A stretch of DNA of 64,000 nucleotides, from assembly GCF_006345805.1 (NCBI RefSeq), contig NC_042997.1, forward strand, positions 67,084,001-67,148,000. Reading direction: 5' to 3'. Position 1 is the first letter of the stretch. Each line of letters starts with the position of its first letter. Made by a program: the position numbers and the translations under genes. This DNA is from Octopus sinensis. Taxonomy: Eukaryota. Below are positions 1 to 11,887 of this stretch, piece by piece. A model generated the notes under the pieces. That model was given only the letters and a program-made list of their open reading frames with translations. It did not search any database and was not told the origin of the DNA.

Positions 1-592
1 CGCATCCATTTCCAAGTGAGTTTATTTTAACTTTTTTGATGCGATTGAACTCCATACTGTTTTCCCCCTCCTTCTCTACTTCCATTTTTCTTTCCTTCAA
101 CGTGTTCTATCTGCCTCTCTCCCCTCTTTTTTTCTCTCTCGTTGCTCACACGTAACCAACTTTATTTTCCCGCACGACGTTCTAAGGACTTGAGAGGTCT
201 TCTATCTCTCTCCTCTATCTTTTCTCCTTTAAAAGAAAATATTTCCCCTGGCGTTCGCTATTTTCCTCTCGTTCTGGTCTAACGACCCCCACCCATGTTT
301 TTTTTCCTTCGATTTCTTTGTATGTCTTCACTGACCTATTTTTGTGCCCAACTTTGACCATCAAAAATTCCAAAATTTTATTTCGGAATTTATGGGAGCA
401 ACTGTCTTCGAAGACTCATATTGTCGTTGAATGCTCGAAATGAAATGTAGGTAGACAGCCGACAACTGATGAAGGGTCATTTTTTGTGCTACTTGTCCTG
501 TTTTCCATATTTTTCTCTCGTTGTTTGCGTATTTAACTCGTTTGTTTTCGTACTTCATATTGTTTACAAAGTTGGTGACGTCCTGTACCCAT
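1..592 (+). mobile_element. (TA)n-terminated interspersed repeat carrying a candidate permuted hammerhead; 5' part runs off the window
   Basis: Homologous by eye to 33085-33445 (minus strand) and 35805-36140; ends gttggtgacgtcctgtacccATATA; its start motif atccatttccaagtRagttt recurs at ~667-687 and, inverted, at ~31888-31910. Confidence 0.75.
404..485 (+). ncRNA. candidate permuted/pseudoknotted hammerhead ribozyme
   Basis: CTGATGA 466-472, GAAA 437-440, triplet ATA 418-420; ttgtcg(421-426)/cgacaa(460-465) stem I; Atga(440-443)/tcaT(416-419) stem III; gaatgctc(429-436)/gggtcattt(474-482) stem II with one bulge. Confidence 0.5.
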
Positions 593-683
593 ATATATAT
601 ATATATATATATAAATATATACATACATATATATCTATATATATATTATATATATATATATATAGTATCCATTTCCAAGTAAG

Positions 684-728
<45 letters not shown>

Positions 729-924
729 ATGAGTGTGTTTGTATATACGTACGTTTGTAAAGATCTACACACATGGATTTGTTTATATCCATCTGAATCT
801 GAACATGTGTATAACTTTTATAAAACCCAGTGTGTATGTGTGTGTATGTGTGTGTATGAGTGTAGGTATGTGTATGCGCGTGTGCGCACGCACATACACA
901 CACACTTACGCACACATAAATTTA

Positions 925-1155
925 CGAGAGGGTACTGACAGGTTCCTGACTTTGAGTAAAATAAATTCGGGAGGATCAGTTAATTATGACTGATTTTATT
1001 CAACTTATTCCCTTCTTAAATTCACACGCAAATTGCAGCGGTCCTTCATTTTTTCTAAGCCCTGTAAAAGAACTAAGTCCTCTAAAAGAAGATTGGGTCT
1101 CCCACCAGGCCTTTTGCAATATCCTTAAGGCTAGGAACGTTTCAGCACTCCTTCG
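925..1155. mobile_element. Tc1/mariner-type MITE
   Basis: Imperfect TIRs cgagagggtactgacaggttcctgacttt / aaggctaggaacgtttcagcactccttcg, TA on both sides; same family as 23818-24001. Confidence 0.7.
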
Positions 1156-1736
1156 TATACATACACGCGCGCACACATGTATGTATAGTTGTTGGATGAG
1201 AAGGAAATATGAACTGTATATATAATTACTGAATGTGAAGCAAAAGCGGTGAATCTGAGGACTGTTGCGTATTACTGTTCAACTGATCAGGCTGATTCAG
1301 ATTGTTAATAGGGAGTAACCATCGAGTTTAGGAATATAGTGTATTCTGCATCCTCTGGGAGGTGGGGATTAAATTTCAAGTACGGAATGCATCTTGCAGA
1401 GGACCAGGAAATTTGATTGCCTAGGAAAGGCTGAAATTCTCACTATTGCAACTATGATTCGCTATTTAGAGAATCCAGGGAAACCATAGGGAGAGAGAAT
1501 GTGATTGAAACGTTGAAAGAGGGAAGTTGGTGGTAGGCGCTAAGGTTTCTGTTGACCCAGGCAGTATCTGGCTTATTGTTGGAATTCCTCTGCTACAGGA
1601 ACGCACTTAAATATTCTTAAATGCAGACAAAAGACAGCTTATTATCTTAACATTTAAGACGTGATAAGATGGAAAACGAAGTGAGGATACGTCTACCGTC
1701 AATATTTTTTAAAAATCTTAATATATGTAAATTTAA

Positions 1737-2332
1737 AGGCGGCGAGCTGCCAGAAACATTAGCACGCAGAGTGAAATGCTTAGCAGTATTGCGTCTGCTG
1801 TTACGTTCTGAGTTCAAATCCCGCCGAGGTCGACTTTGCCTTTCATCCTTTCGGGGTCGGTAAATTAAGTACCAGTTACGCACTGGGGTCGATTTAATCG
1901 ACTTAATTCCCTTGTCTGTCCTTGTTTGTCCCCTCTGTGTTTAGCCCCTAGTGGGCAATAAAGAAATAAGTATTTCGTCTGTCTTTATGTTCTGAGTTCA
2001 AATTCCGCCGAGGTCGACTTTTCCTTTCATCCTTTCGGGATCGATAAATTAAGTACCAGTTGTGTACTGGGATCGATCTAATCGACTGGGCCCCCTCCCT
2101 AAACATTTCGGGCTTTGTGCTTAGAGTAGAAAAAAATCGTTAGCACACCGGGCGAGATTCTTAACGGCATTTCGTCCGTCTTTACATTCTGAGTTCCAAT
2201 TCTGCGGAGGTCGACTTTGCGTTTCATCCTTTCGGGGTTGATGAAATAAGTACCATTTGAACACTGAGGGCGATATAATTGACTTGCCCCCTTCGCCCAA
2301 ACTGCTGGCCTTGTACCCAAATTTGAGACCAA
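1737..2332 (+). mobile_element. tandem array of three tRNA-derived SINE (family A) units
   Basis: Head ggcggcgagctg(g)cagaaac, B-box-like gagttcaaat(t)cc, central gtcgactttgcctttcatcctttcggggtcg repeated at ~1829, ~2013 and ~2210. Confidence 0.9.
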
Positions 2333-3309
2333 TATATGTAAATTTATTTTTTGTCATTACGTTTCTGCAATATTTTACAAGTATGTATGCATGAATATGT
2401 ATGAATGAGGTTAAACTACATCCGTTTAGAAACTTCTATAGTTTTAAGGTGTAGGGAACAACCTCTTAGCCACTAGTTTTCCCAGGTCTACTCTGACCCG
2501 GACCAGTAGCACCTCTCAAGGTTGCAGCTATGGGTCAGTTAGCATATTAGGGCTTGCCTATCTATGCATGAGAAGACTGGATCTGGCTGGCTCTGTGGGA
2601 GAAACCTTTATGGTTCAACGGAAGGGAAGGTGGCAACAGCAATGCATTATGGAGTGCAGAGAACAAGATGAGGCAAGTAAGACACCTTGATCATCTACTG
2701 CATTTATCTCCATTCCCGTCTTCTTGACCTGGTCTTGACCACTGGATTGAAAATGGAGACGGACGAAAGAGTGAAATTAACTGTGCGCAACTCTTCCTCA
2801 CTTTAAACGAAGTCAACTCTCAAGTTTAGGTCATCAGTCACTCTTACGGATGACTAGATGATCCTCTTGTACTCACGGACGAACATAAAACATGCATGCA
2901 TTCATGCATGTATATATGCATGTATGTATACATGTCTATCTAAATGCACTTACATAAATGCATGTAGTATACATAATACACATATTATAGATATATGTGT
3001 GTACATACATAATACGCACTCTCATTCACACACACATATATATACATACATGCATACATACATATATATATATATATATAGAGAGAGAGATACATACATA
3101 CATACATACATACATACATACATGCATGCATACATGCATACATACATGCATGCATACATCTTGCTCAGGAAATAACTTCTCCTGCAGCTGAGTGGCAAAA
3201 CCAGATTTATGTCCAATCATCTCTGGTGTACCGTCCGTACAACTTGAAGGCATGCAGTTAGCAGTTTTAACTAGGAGTCTTTAAGGAAAAAAAAAAAACC
3301 AAAAAAAAA

Positions 3310-3655
3310 CTCTTCTTTAAAGTGTTCGATATTGTCCATTCCCGATAAGAATCGTTTGCGGCATGTAGTTCTCAAATGTCTCCTTCGGCATGTAATTCTC
3401 AAATGAATTTTGAAGTTGCGACAGATAATTATCAACACCTTCTTTCAATGGTAGATCGATTTCCGAATGCTCACTATTTCTTTCAATAAACAGAAAACGA
3501 AGAAATTTTTTTTTCACTTCAGTGATTCCAAAGTGAACATTTTTTTTCTTGTTCTTTAACACTATCTGTGACTGTCACTTTGAATTTCTGCACTGTAAGA
3601 TTCACTTCATGTAAATAGTTGAACACGTCTGACAAACAGGCACCAGACATATTCA
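3310..3655 (-). pseudogene. hAT (Buster/Charlie-like) transposase remnant
   Basis: Minus-strand LSQLQNSFENYMP..W..N resembles the C-terminal part of Buster-type transposases; an RGKVLKR-like remnant lies near 4000-4025 beyond the inserted MITE. Confidence 0.45.
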
Positions 3656-3666
3656 GCTATTTAAAT

Positions 3667-3924
3667 CAGTGGTTCTCAACTGGGGTCCATATAGCCCTCA
3701 TGGGGTGAGGTCCATGTAAGATATTGTTAAAATTTATGTTATAAATTGATTCTACAATACGCAAAATATTTTAACAATTTTTTATATGCAACTCTTAATA
3801 ATGTTTAATTAAAAAAAACTGCAATAAGGTCATTTTTTAAATATTGAATGCTTATGAAGGTCCATTCAAGTAGAATAGGAATCTATGCGGCCCATAAGTA
3901 AAAAAAAAAATCTGAGAAGCACTG
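3667..3924. mobile_element. hAT-type MITE with perfect 8-bp TSD
   Basis: TIRs cagtggttctca / tgagaagcactg; ATTTAAAT at 3659-3666 and 3925-3932. Confidence 0.85.
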
Positions 3925-4108
3925 ATTTAAATTAAATGAATCCACTTCTGTTGGACAGCTGAGATATTAATAAAGCCTAACACCTAGACGGCATTTTGAA
4001 TCTCTTTCAAAACTTCCTCTCTGTTCTTAGTACCCGATGAGAAGAGCGTGTTCTATACGGGTGCGAGTTTTTCATTCATATAAAGCTGAGTTAAAATTTT
4101 ATTAAATA

Positions 4109-4491
4109 CAAGCAGTATCGCCCGGCGTTGCTCGGGTTTGTAAGGGAAATAACTATAAAGCATTTTTAGAGAGTTATAGCCAAAAAATAGCAAAAAAATG
4201 GAAAAAAAATTATGGTAAATTTTTTTGAGAGTTAAAAAGGTCGAGTTGCGTCCCCTAGACAGTCTGTGGTTTGTGTTTCTGATTCTCGACCCCATGTCGA
4301 ATTTATCGATTATTTTCAGAACTGGGGGAACTTTTCAAAATTTTCGCTGCGTTAGTTTTGAATTATGACATTGGGCTATGTGTGTGTCAAATTTCATCAG
4401 AATCGGTTGAAAGCAGTGGTTAGGGTGAGGGTACAACCTAACAGACACACATACACGCAGACAGACAAACTGCCGTTTATATAGAGAGAGA
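4109..4491 (-). mobile_element. non-autonomous Helitron
   Basis: Minus strand starts TC-tctctatata with (GTCT)n and ends with the hairpin cccgagcaacgccggg followed by CTTG; ~4280-4490 is nearly identical to ~15445-15647. Confidence 0.75.
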
Positions 4492-4929
4492 TGCATACAT
4501 ACATACATACATACATACATACATACTACATACATACATATAGATATATATTATAATATATATATATATATATAATATATATATATATATAGATATATAT
4601 ATATACACCACAAACACACAAGCACTTACATACACACGCATACATCTATATAAATGTATTTATCTACATATATGTATATTTATGTATATGCATATATACA
4701 AACATATACATATATATGCACATTCACATACTTCCTTGTGTGTATGTGTGTGTGTGTGTGTGTGGTGTGTGTGTTTATGTGTGTGTTTGTGTGTGTTTGT
4801 GTGCGCGCGCGTGCATGTGCTCGTATGTATTGAAATAAAAATGAACAGGGATATTGTGAAAAAACTATATTATAATAATGATCAATTCAACGAATATTCA
4901 TGCTCAACAGTACGGAGAAGAAATACAAA

Positions 4930-5007
<78 letters not shown>

Positions 5008-5651
5008 ATATACACATACATACATACTACATACATACATCCATACATACATATATATAATATTAATATATATATATTATATATATATATATATTATATA
5101 TATGTATGCATGTATGTATTTATGTATGTACGTACGTATTTAAACAATGACATGACCTCAAACCGAAGATAAATCTCAAACATAGAATCAATCCTCTATT
5201 TGAGAATTTTTATATCTAGTAACACGCGTTAACATCCTAATCTACGTAAACTGTCTGGTACTTACGTGTTACGAAATAGCAAGATAAATGCTGATAATAT
5301 TCTTAGCTCGAGAGCCAACAGTAGTGTTGACAATCATGAAAACACTGGTTCTGACTTGTATAGGTTACTGCTGATGCTCGTATTTTTAAATACTTGTGGA
5401 TACATATATTCATTACCTTGCCTCCAAAAATTATTTAGTGATTAAGTAGCAAAAATATCAGTAGAAAAAGAAACACACAAATCACTGGGAAAAGCGGTCT
5501 ACACACGCGCGCACACACAAATATCGAACAGATATAAATATTCTTTATTTGTGTGTTAAAAAGGCTACCAAGAGTTTCATGTAGAGAGAGAGATCTCTTA
5601 ACAATTATGAAGCTTGCTAATGTTGGTACTCGATGTGGTTGTGGTATATAT

Positions 5652-6011
5652 ATATATAAATTGGAAAAAAAAACCCTTTATCAATTCAATAATGAAAAAT
5701 TAAGTTACTACTACTACTAATATTTTGACTATAATCATTTCTTAAATATAGCCACGAAACACGTGTCGTTATTCTACCAAATATATACGTTTTATTTATT
5801 ATTTTGCACATTACTTAATCATCGTTATATTTTTTTAATCTTATATTTAATTTTTCCATAATATTTAATTTTCTAGATGGTATAACTTAATTTTTCATTA
5901 TTGAATTGATAAAAGTTCTTTTTTCTAATTTATATATATTATATTTTGTGAAATTTGATTTAGTATTTCTAAATTGAATTTTTCCCTGTAAGTTTGGAAT
6001 AATACTCCCTC
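5652..6011 (+). mobile_element. severely 5'-truncated Penelope-like end with inverted terminal segment
   Basis: Inverted repeat 5652-5707 / 5883-5938 inside (TA)n; internal GAAAC-ACGT-GTC (5756-5767) half-hammerhead; tail 5945-6011 homologous to minus strand 7415-7480. Confidence 0.6.
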
Positions 6012-6519
6012 ATATATATATATTATATATATATATATATATATAATATATATATATAATTATATACACACACATATATATGTATATATGCATATAAAAA
6101 TTTATCTTCATACATTTTTCCATAGAATTCGGAGCAATTACTGAAAGTTACGACGTCTCATATACGAATACGTCTACGTAAACAATGTGAGCGAAGATAG
6201 AAATAATAGTTAATGGTTGTATATGCATATTTCCAGAGTTATTGTTCTTTCATCAGCATGACATCCAACCCATCAACTATCCACTACTTACTAAGTTTAG
6301 TGGTGTAACACTATTGGGTAGACTAATTTACATATTAAATACATTCTTGGCAACTGGTACGTAAATATTAATTGCTTGCAAGGACTCCATATTTTGTTTT
6401 GCAACCCTAATATACTACTAAAGTGTTATAGGTTTACAAGTCAATATTTTGTTTTACTCTTGTTAGTAGTGCGATCTTCTCATTTTAAAGTTTCCCTCTG
6501 TAGATTTTCCATAGAATTC

Positions 6520-6811
6520 AGAACCCATGGAATACTACGTGTGGGACGCAGTTGAGAAAGACACCAACCGCTGTATTCGATGATCTTCCCAGGGACACAA
6601 TAATGAACGCATGCGTCAAGTTACGGAGCCATCTTGAGGGTGCGGTGGTGGTACTTTGAGTAAACATTTATCTCCCAGCTATAATCTAGTTGATATTTTT
6701 TGATTTTTTAAAAATCCTTTTTTGGTGGTGGTGGTGGTGGTGGGGATATTGTGTTTTCTTTTCCTTTTATACAAACTGTCAAATTTAGTTCTAACACTCT
6801 ATACATAAATG
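6520..6811 (+). mobile_element. maT/Tc1-mariner 3' fragment
   Basis: Translates NPMEYYVWDAVEKDTNR (NPLDY motif region); ends at a TIR-like sequence plus TA. Confidence 0.55.
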
Positions 6812-6880
6812 CACACACACACACAACACACACACACACAACCACACACCACACACATACACACATACACCATGTATATA

Positions 6881-6948
<68 letters not shown>

Positions 6949-6984
6949 GGCAAGAAGAAAATGGAAGGGATACAGAAATAGTAC

Positions 6985-7303
6985 ACATCAACTGTTAGGC
7001 ATTATATTATGTCTATTTATTTATTTTAAACAATTATGAGAATATATATATATACATACATATGTAAAGACTGTACATGCATAAATACCAGTAATTCCTA
7101 AAATAGAAAAAGAAAAAGAACAATTTCTTACAGCCGTTTCTGCTAAGAGGTCACAATAAACCACATGTTATTTCTATCTCTTCAGTGTTCTGTAGTGATA
7201 GGTAGATAAAATTAGGGTATTGAGTGTGCATCTAGGCTTCATCAGAGAGTTCAAAAGCGGGTTTAAGAAATTCAGAGGGCTAATGTATGTATATATAAGA
7301 ATA

Positions 7304-7344
<41 letters not shown>

Positions 7345-7347
7345 ATG

Positions 7348-7403
<56 letters not shown>

Positions 7404-7696
7404 ATAATAAATATTAGGGAATAAATCCAAATTTACAGGGAAAAATCAGATTTAGGACTGAATCCAATTTTATAGTAAAATATTATATAATATTAAAGGA
7501 GACAAACCACTATTATGCAAATCAAACAAAGAAGACTTAATCCAATACATAAAAAATTTTATATAAATTAAATAAAATTAAATAAAATTAAAATTAAATT
7601 AAATTTAATTTTATTTAATTTATATAAAATTTTTTATGTATTGGATTAAGTCTTTCTTTGTTTGATTTGCTAATAGTGGTTTTGTCTCTAATAATA

Positions 7697-7753
<57 letters not shown>

Positions 7754-8019
7754 AACATACACATGTACATGTACACATATGCATAAGATTCAGTTACTAG
7801 TAGGCACAGTAACCAAATTTGAACACTGAAGAGATGGAAATAACGTGTGGGGTATTGTGACCTCTTGGCAGAAACAGTAGTAAGAAACTGTTCTTTTTCT
7901 TTTTCTATTCTAGGAATCACTGGTACTTATGTATGTAATACACAGTCTTAGCATATGTATATATATTCTCATAATTGTTTAAAATAAGTAGACATAATAT
8001 AATGTCTAACAGTTGATGT
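6985..8019. repeat. long inverted repeat (~205-bp arms 6985-7190 / 7821-8019), possible fold-back or MITE
   Basis: Arms align by eye as reverse complements, e.g. acatcaactgttag.cattatattatgtcta vs tagacataatataatgtctaacagttgatgt. Confidence 0.85.
7415..7688 (-). mobile_element. Penelope-type tail with ~190-bp near-perfect palindrome (7499-7688)
   Basis: gagacaaaccactatta...ttaatccaatacataaaaaattttatataaattaaataaaatt mirrored by its reverse complement; embedded in (TA)n; tail homologous to 5945-6011. Confidence 0.6.
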
Positions 8020-8039
8020 ATCAAGTCAATGGAAGCATT

Positions 8040-8606
8040 CGATGTCACTAGGCCCCCCCCCACCAAAAGAGAGTCAAGTGAAGTCCAATAACAAGACAAT
8101 GCTGATTTGTTTCATCAATGCGAAAGGAATTGTCAACACAGAATTTGTCCCTTCTAGTCAAACTGCTAACCAGACATTTTACTTAGCAGTCCTGAAGCGT
8201 TTGTGGGACGCGGTGAGACGAAAACGCTACGACCTGTCACAAAGTGAAGAATGGAGGCTTCATCGCATTACGCCTGCGCACACCACCTTGAGTGTGAGAC
8301 AGTTTTTGCCAAAAATAGCATAACTTCGCTTACCCACCCTCCTTGCGACTTTTTTTTCTGTTTCTCCGAATGAAAGAAGTCCTTAAGGGAAAACGTTTTG
8401 TAGATGTGGAAAAGGTGAAGAAAATAAAATAATGATAGAGGCGTTAAAAGGCATCACTTCGCAAGCATTCTAGGACTGCTTCGAACAGTGAAAAACGCAT
8501 CTGGACCGATAAAGAATACTTTGAAGGGGATAAAAGTGTAAAGATGTAAAACTAAGCTAATAAAACAATATTGCAAAATTCCGGTTTCTTTTGAAGACCC
8601 TTTCGT
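8040..8606 (+). mobile_element. mariner transposase 3' remnant
   Basis: KTMLICFINAKGIVNTEFVP..QTFYLAVLKRL..AVRRKR, later CDFF(L)F..MKEVLKGKRF; TIR-like end ...gaccctttcgTA. Confidence 0.85.
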
Positions 8607-9228
8607 ACATGTTTATCATATTTCATGAAGATAAAAATTTAATTTTTTTATTAATGAATTTTCATTTTGCCTTATTTCGTCCTTTTATATTTTACAACTA
8701 TGGCCTTTCTAAGTCAATTGATATTTCAAACCTTTCTCGGCTTCATCTTTTGGATTAAATAGTAACAATAACACGTTGTTGTCACGTTTATGTTGTAGCC
8801 ACCGGGATTATAAGAATGATGTTGTAATTACAAAAATTCATCATCCCTGGATTTAAAATTGTTTCACAGTTCATGAGATTTTGCTTTGTTTATTTCAATT
8901 ATGATTTATGTGTGTTGACTGTTTTGTTTTTATCTATCATCACTTAATTCAGAAGATAAGGGCAAGCAAGTTTTGAAGTGTTAACGTGCTTTAATTTCCT
9001 GAACTAAACAAAAAGCTCATAAGAAAAAGAAATGTGAGAAATCCTTAATAAAGAAAAGCATTGTTTGTTTGTGTGTGCTTTCCCTCAAGGTTGATTCAAC
9101 GTGCATGAGAAGATATTATAAACAAGGATAATACAAGCAGAATTATTTTCTTTACTTTATGTGTGTGTGTGTGGTGTGTATTTGTTATTTGTGTGGTTGC
9201 GTGTGTGTCCGTGAGTGTGTGTGTGTGT

Positions 9229-9280
<52 letters not shown>

Positions 9281-9882
9281 TGAGACAGACAGACAGACAA
9301 AACTGAAAATTAAAAGTTATTATTAAAGAAAACAAGAGAAATGAATAGCAAAATATCTAGATTGAATAATAATTGCCCTTCAGACCACAAATACAATTAT
9401 AAAGAAATTGATAATTGTGTTACATTTCAAGGTAACATTCGTTTTCAGGTCATTTATCGAATTAACTAAACAATTAAAATTATGGTTCAGCTAACACTCA
9501 TAACTTATGCCACCACAATGGAAATAATGACATATTTTTCGAAGTACATATAGCACATCAATTATAAACACAAAAATAATTGTGGATTCGTTGAACAATA
9601 TACTAAAAATAAATTTGTCTACTTTGCAGGTGCAAAGAGTTTGGAATTTATTCTCTGATTCTTTCTCCTTAATTGCTATTCAGAACTAATGTATGTATAT
9701 CCTCAGAAAACCTTTAAAACATCAAAAGATTTTAATCTCTTGGGATTTAAACCGGCCTAATCCATCCCAAATATATTACCTATTATATGTTTAAGCTGGC
9801 ACTTACCTTACCATGTCATTCTAAAAATAAATAATCAAATCATTGAGATCTCGAAACTCAGAAATCAGTTGCGACGTCACAA

Positions 9883-10218
9883 AAGGTAAAGACTCCTTTC
9901 GGTCATGAAAAACCATGGTATTACACCTAAAAAGTTACCCTCAGAGACACAAGTTCTGGACAAGGTTGTTTATGGAAAACAAGCAGTCGCCCATTCATAC
10001 CAAGCCTTCCCTCTCCACATTACGTATGTTATCCAAAGGAAAAGCAAAGGTCGATACAGCTTGGCACCTGTGACGTCGCAACTGATTTCTGCCGCAGAGT
10101 GAACTGGAGTAACGTGAAATAAAGTGTCTTGCTCAAGAACACAACACACAAATCCATCCATGAATCGAATTCACTACCTCATTATTATGAGCTCTAACCA
10201 ATGAGCCATGTGCCTTCA
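9883..10218 (-). mobile_element. tRNA-derived CORE-type SINE (family C)
   Basis: Minus-strand head tgaaggcacatggctcattggttagag, CORE-like cttgagcaagacactttatttcac, tail ctttaccttt. Confidence 0.75.
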
Positions 10219-10362
10219 TAGCTAATGAATGATTAACTCAATGCAATGTAAATAAACATTATATTTGACAGAATAATCAGAATGCTAAAAGAGTAAACTA
10301 TTTAAAAACACATGCAGCAAAATTCATATACTGATATGATGTGTTAGCCGCCTCATCAAAAG

Positions 10363-10700
10363 GTCAGGTCAGGTAAGGGGGCATGTGCTCTTGCAGCACA
10401 TCGCTGCATCCACCATTATTCGGCATTTGTTCTGGTCGTCCTGGGTAACCTACTGAATAGTATCCCAGCCACTCTCCGTCTCTTCGAGATATTACCTCGT
10501 CCGCTGTGACAATGTGGCACGTGGCCGACCAACACGAGCCGTCACCCAGCCGATCCTCAGACAAGGGAAAACGATATGCTGGATTCAGCTGGGAAAATCG
10601 AGCAACGTGACCAAACAGTCTGAACTGACATTCCCGAATCATACAAGTACAGGACGCATTCCAGTTTCTGATTACAGCCGTTAGTTGGATATAAAACCCA
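10363..10700 (-). mobile_element. RTE-like LINE 3' fragment
   Basis: IRECQFRLFGHVARF motif; short tandem tail (acctg)n. Confidence 0.65.
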
Positions 10701-11850
10701 ACAAATAGTAACCATAATCGTGTGAAAGTCCGGGTACCAAAAGAGTTCAGGTTATGTGGGTACCAGTATGTCAAAGAATAAACCCAACGTTTTCGTTGCG
10801 TGTTGTAAAGGGTGATTAAATGAGGCTGAGGTGGGATTTGCACTCCAGCCTCGAAATACTTTCACCTGTAACGGCTACACGAACAAACTCATCAAGTTCT
10901 CTCATCCAGGGAAGTACTTCGACTGCCTATAAGGCACGAAGTTGTTGGGGCAAAGCTCTCAGGAACCCCTTCTGCCAAATGGAAGAAACCTACTTGGATT
11001 AGAGGGTTGTTGCCTGAGTGGTGTAAAGGTGTCATCCGGCAGGAAAGAGAATATGCGTTCAATCAATGGAGAGCTATTTGGGTAGGGACCTTGAATGGCC
11101 TCTCTTTGAGGGAACTCATCAACAGGATTACCTTTATTGTTCTTGATATCACCAACAAGATCACTTTCATTGTTCTAGATATTCCTCTCATTTACAGTTT
11201 AACACTAATTTACCCCTTTTTCCTTCTACCTTTTATTCTCACGATCACATTGACAAAATTTCCATTTACTCTTTGTTTAATAAGACTTTGCGGCATTTCA
11301 ACACTAATTTACTCGTATATTTCTTGAGTTGAAACTAACCTACAGTACTCATTTCAGTGTAGCCTGATTGGCAGTCACCTTTATATTTCATTATATAGTA
11401 TTCAAAACATCAATCATTTGAATTTATTTTTTTCTTTTAGATATTAACCAGTTTAGCAGTGTATTTCTACTAAATGTTTTTTTTAACCGTCACCAGTATC
11501 ATATACTGTATTTTTTCACGGATCATTTCAGTGAATTTCTTCAATGTATGTAATATATGTAATATTATACAATGTAACAAGTTAGTATTTATAACATTAT
11601 TTTACTTTTTCATAAAATTATTCATTAGTGTTATAAAATTTTGCTAAGATTTCATCTTCACAAAAATATTTAAAAATACTCTTCTAACGTTTACTGCTAT
11701 AGATATTTTTGGTTTCAATACATTCAATCTAACTTGCAATTAATCATAATGTATGTATGTATGTATGTATGTATGTATGTATGTATGTATGTATGTATGT
11801 ATGTATGTATGATGTATGTGTGTATGTATGTATGTATGTATGTATATATA

Positions 11851-11887
<37 letters not shown>

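Noticed and set aside
1245-1310. Hammerhead-like stretch (minus strand CTGATCA..GCAAC-A-GTC; plus strand CTGAGGA)
   Set aside because: Core boxes are mutated or GAAA is absent; cannot be supported from one copy.
9630-9690. Possible host exon (tttgcag|...|gtatgt)
   Set aside because: Stops in all three frames and no partner exons; a UTR exon cannot be shown from sequence alone.
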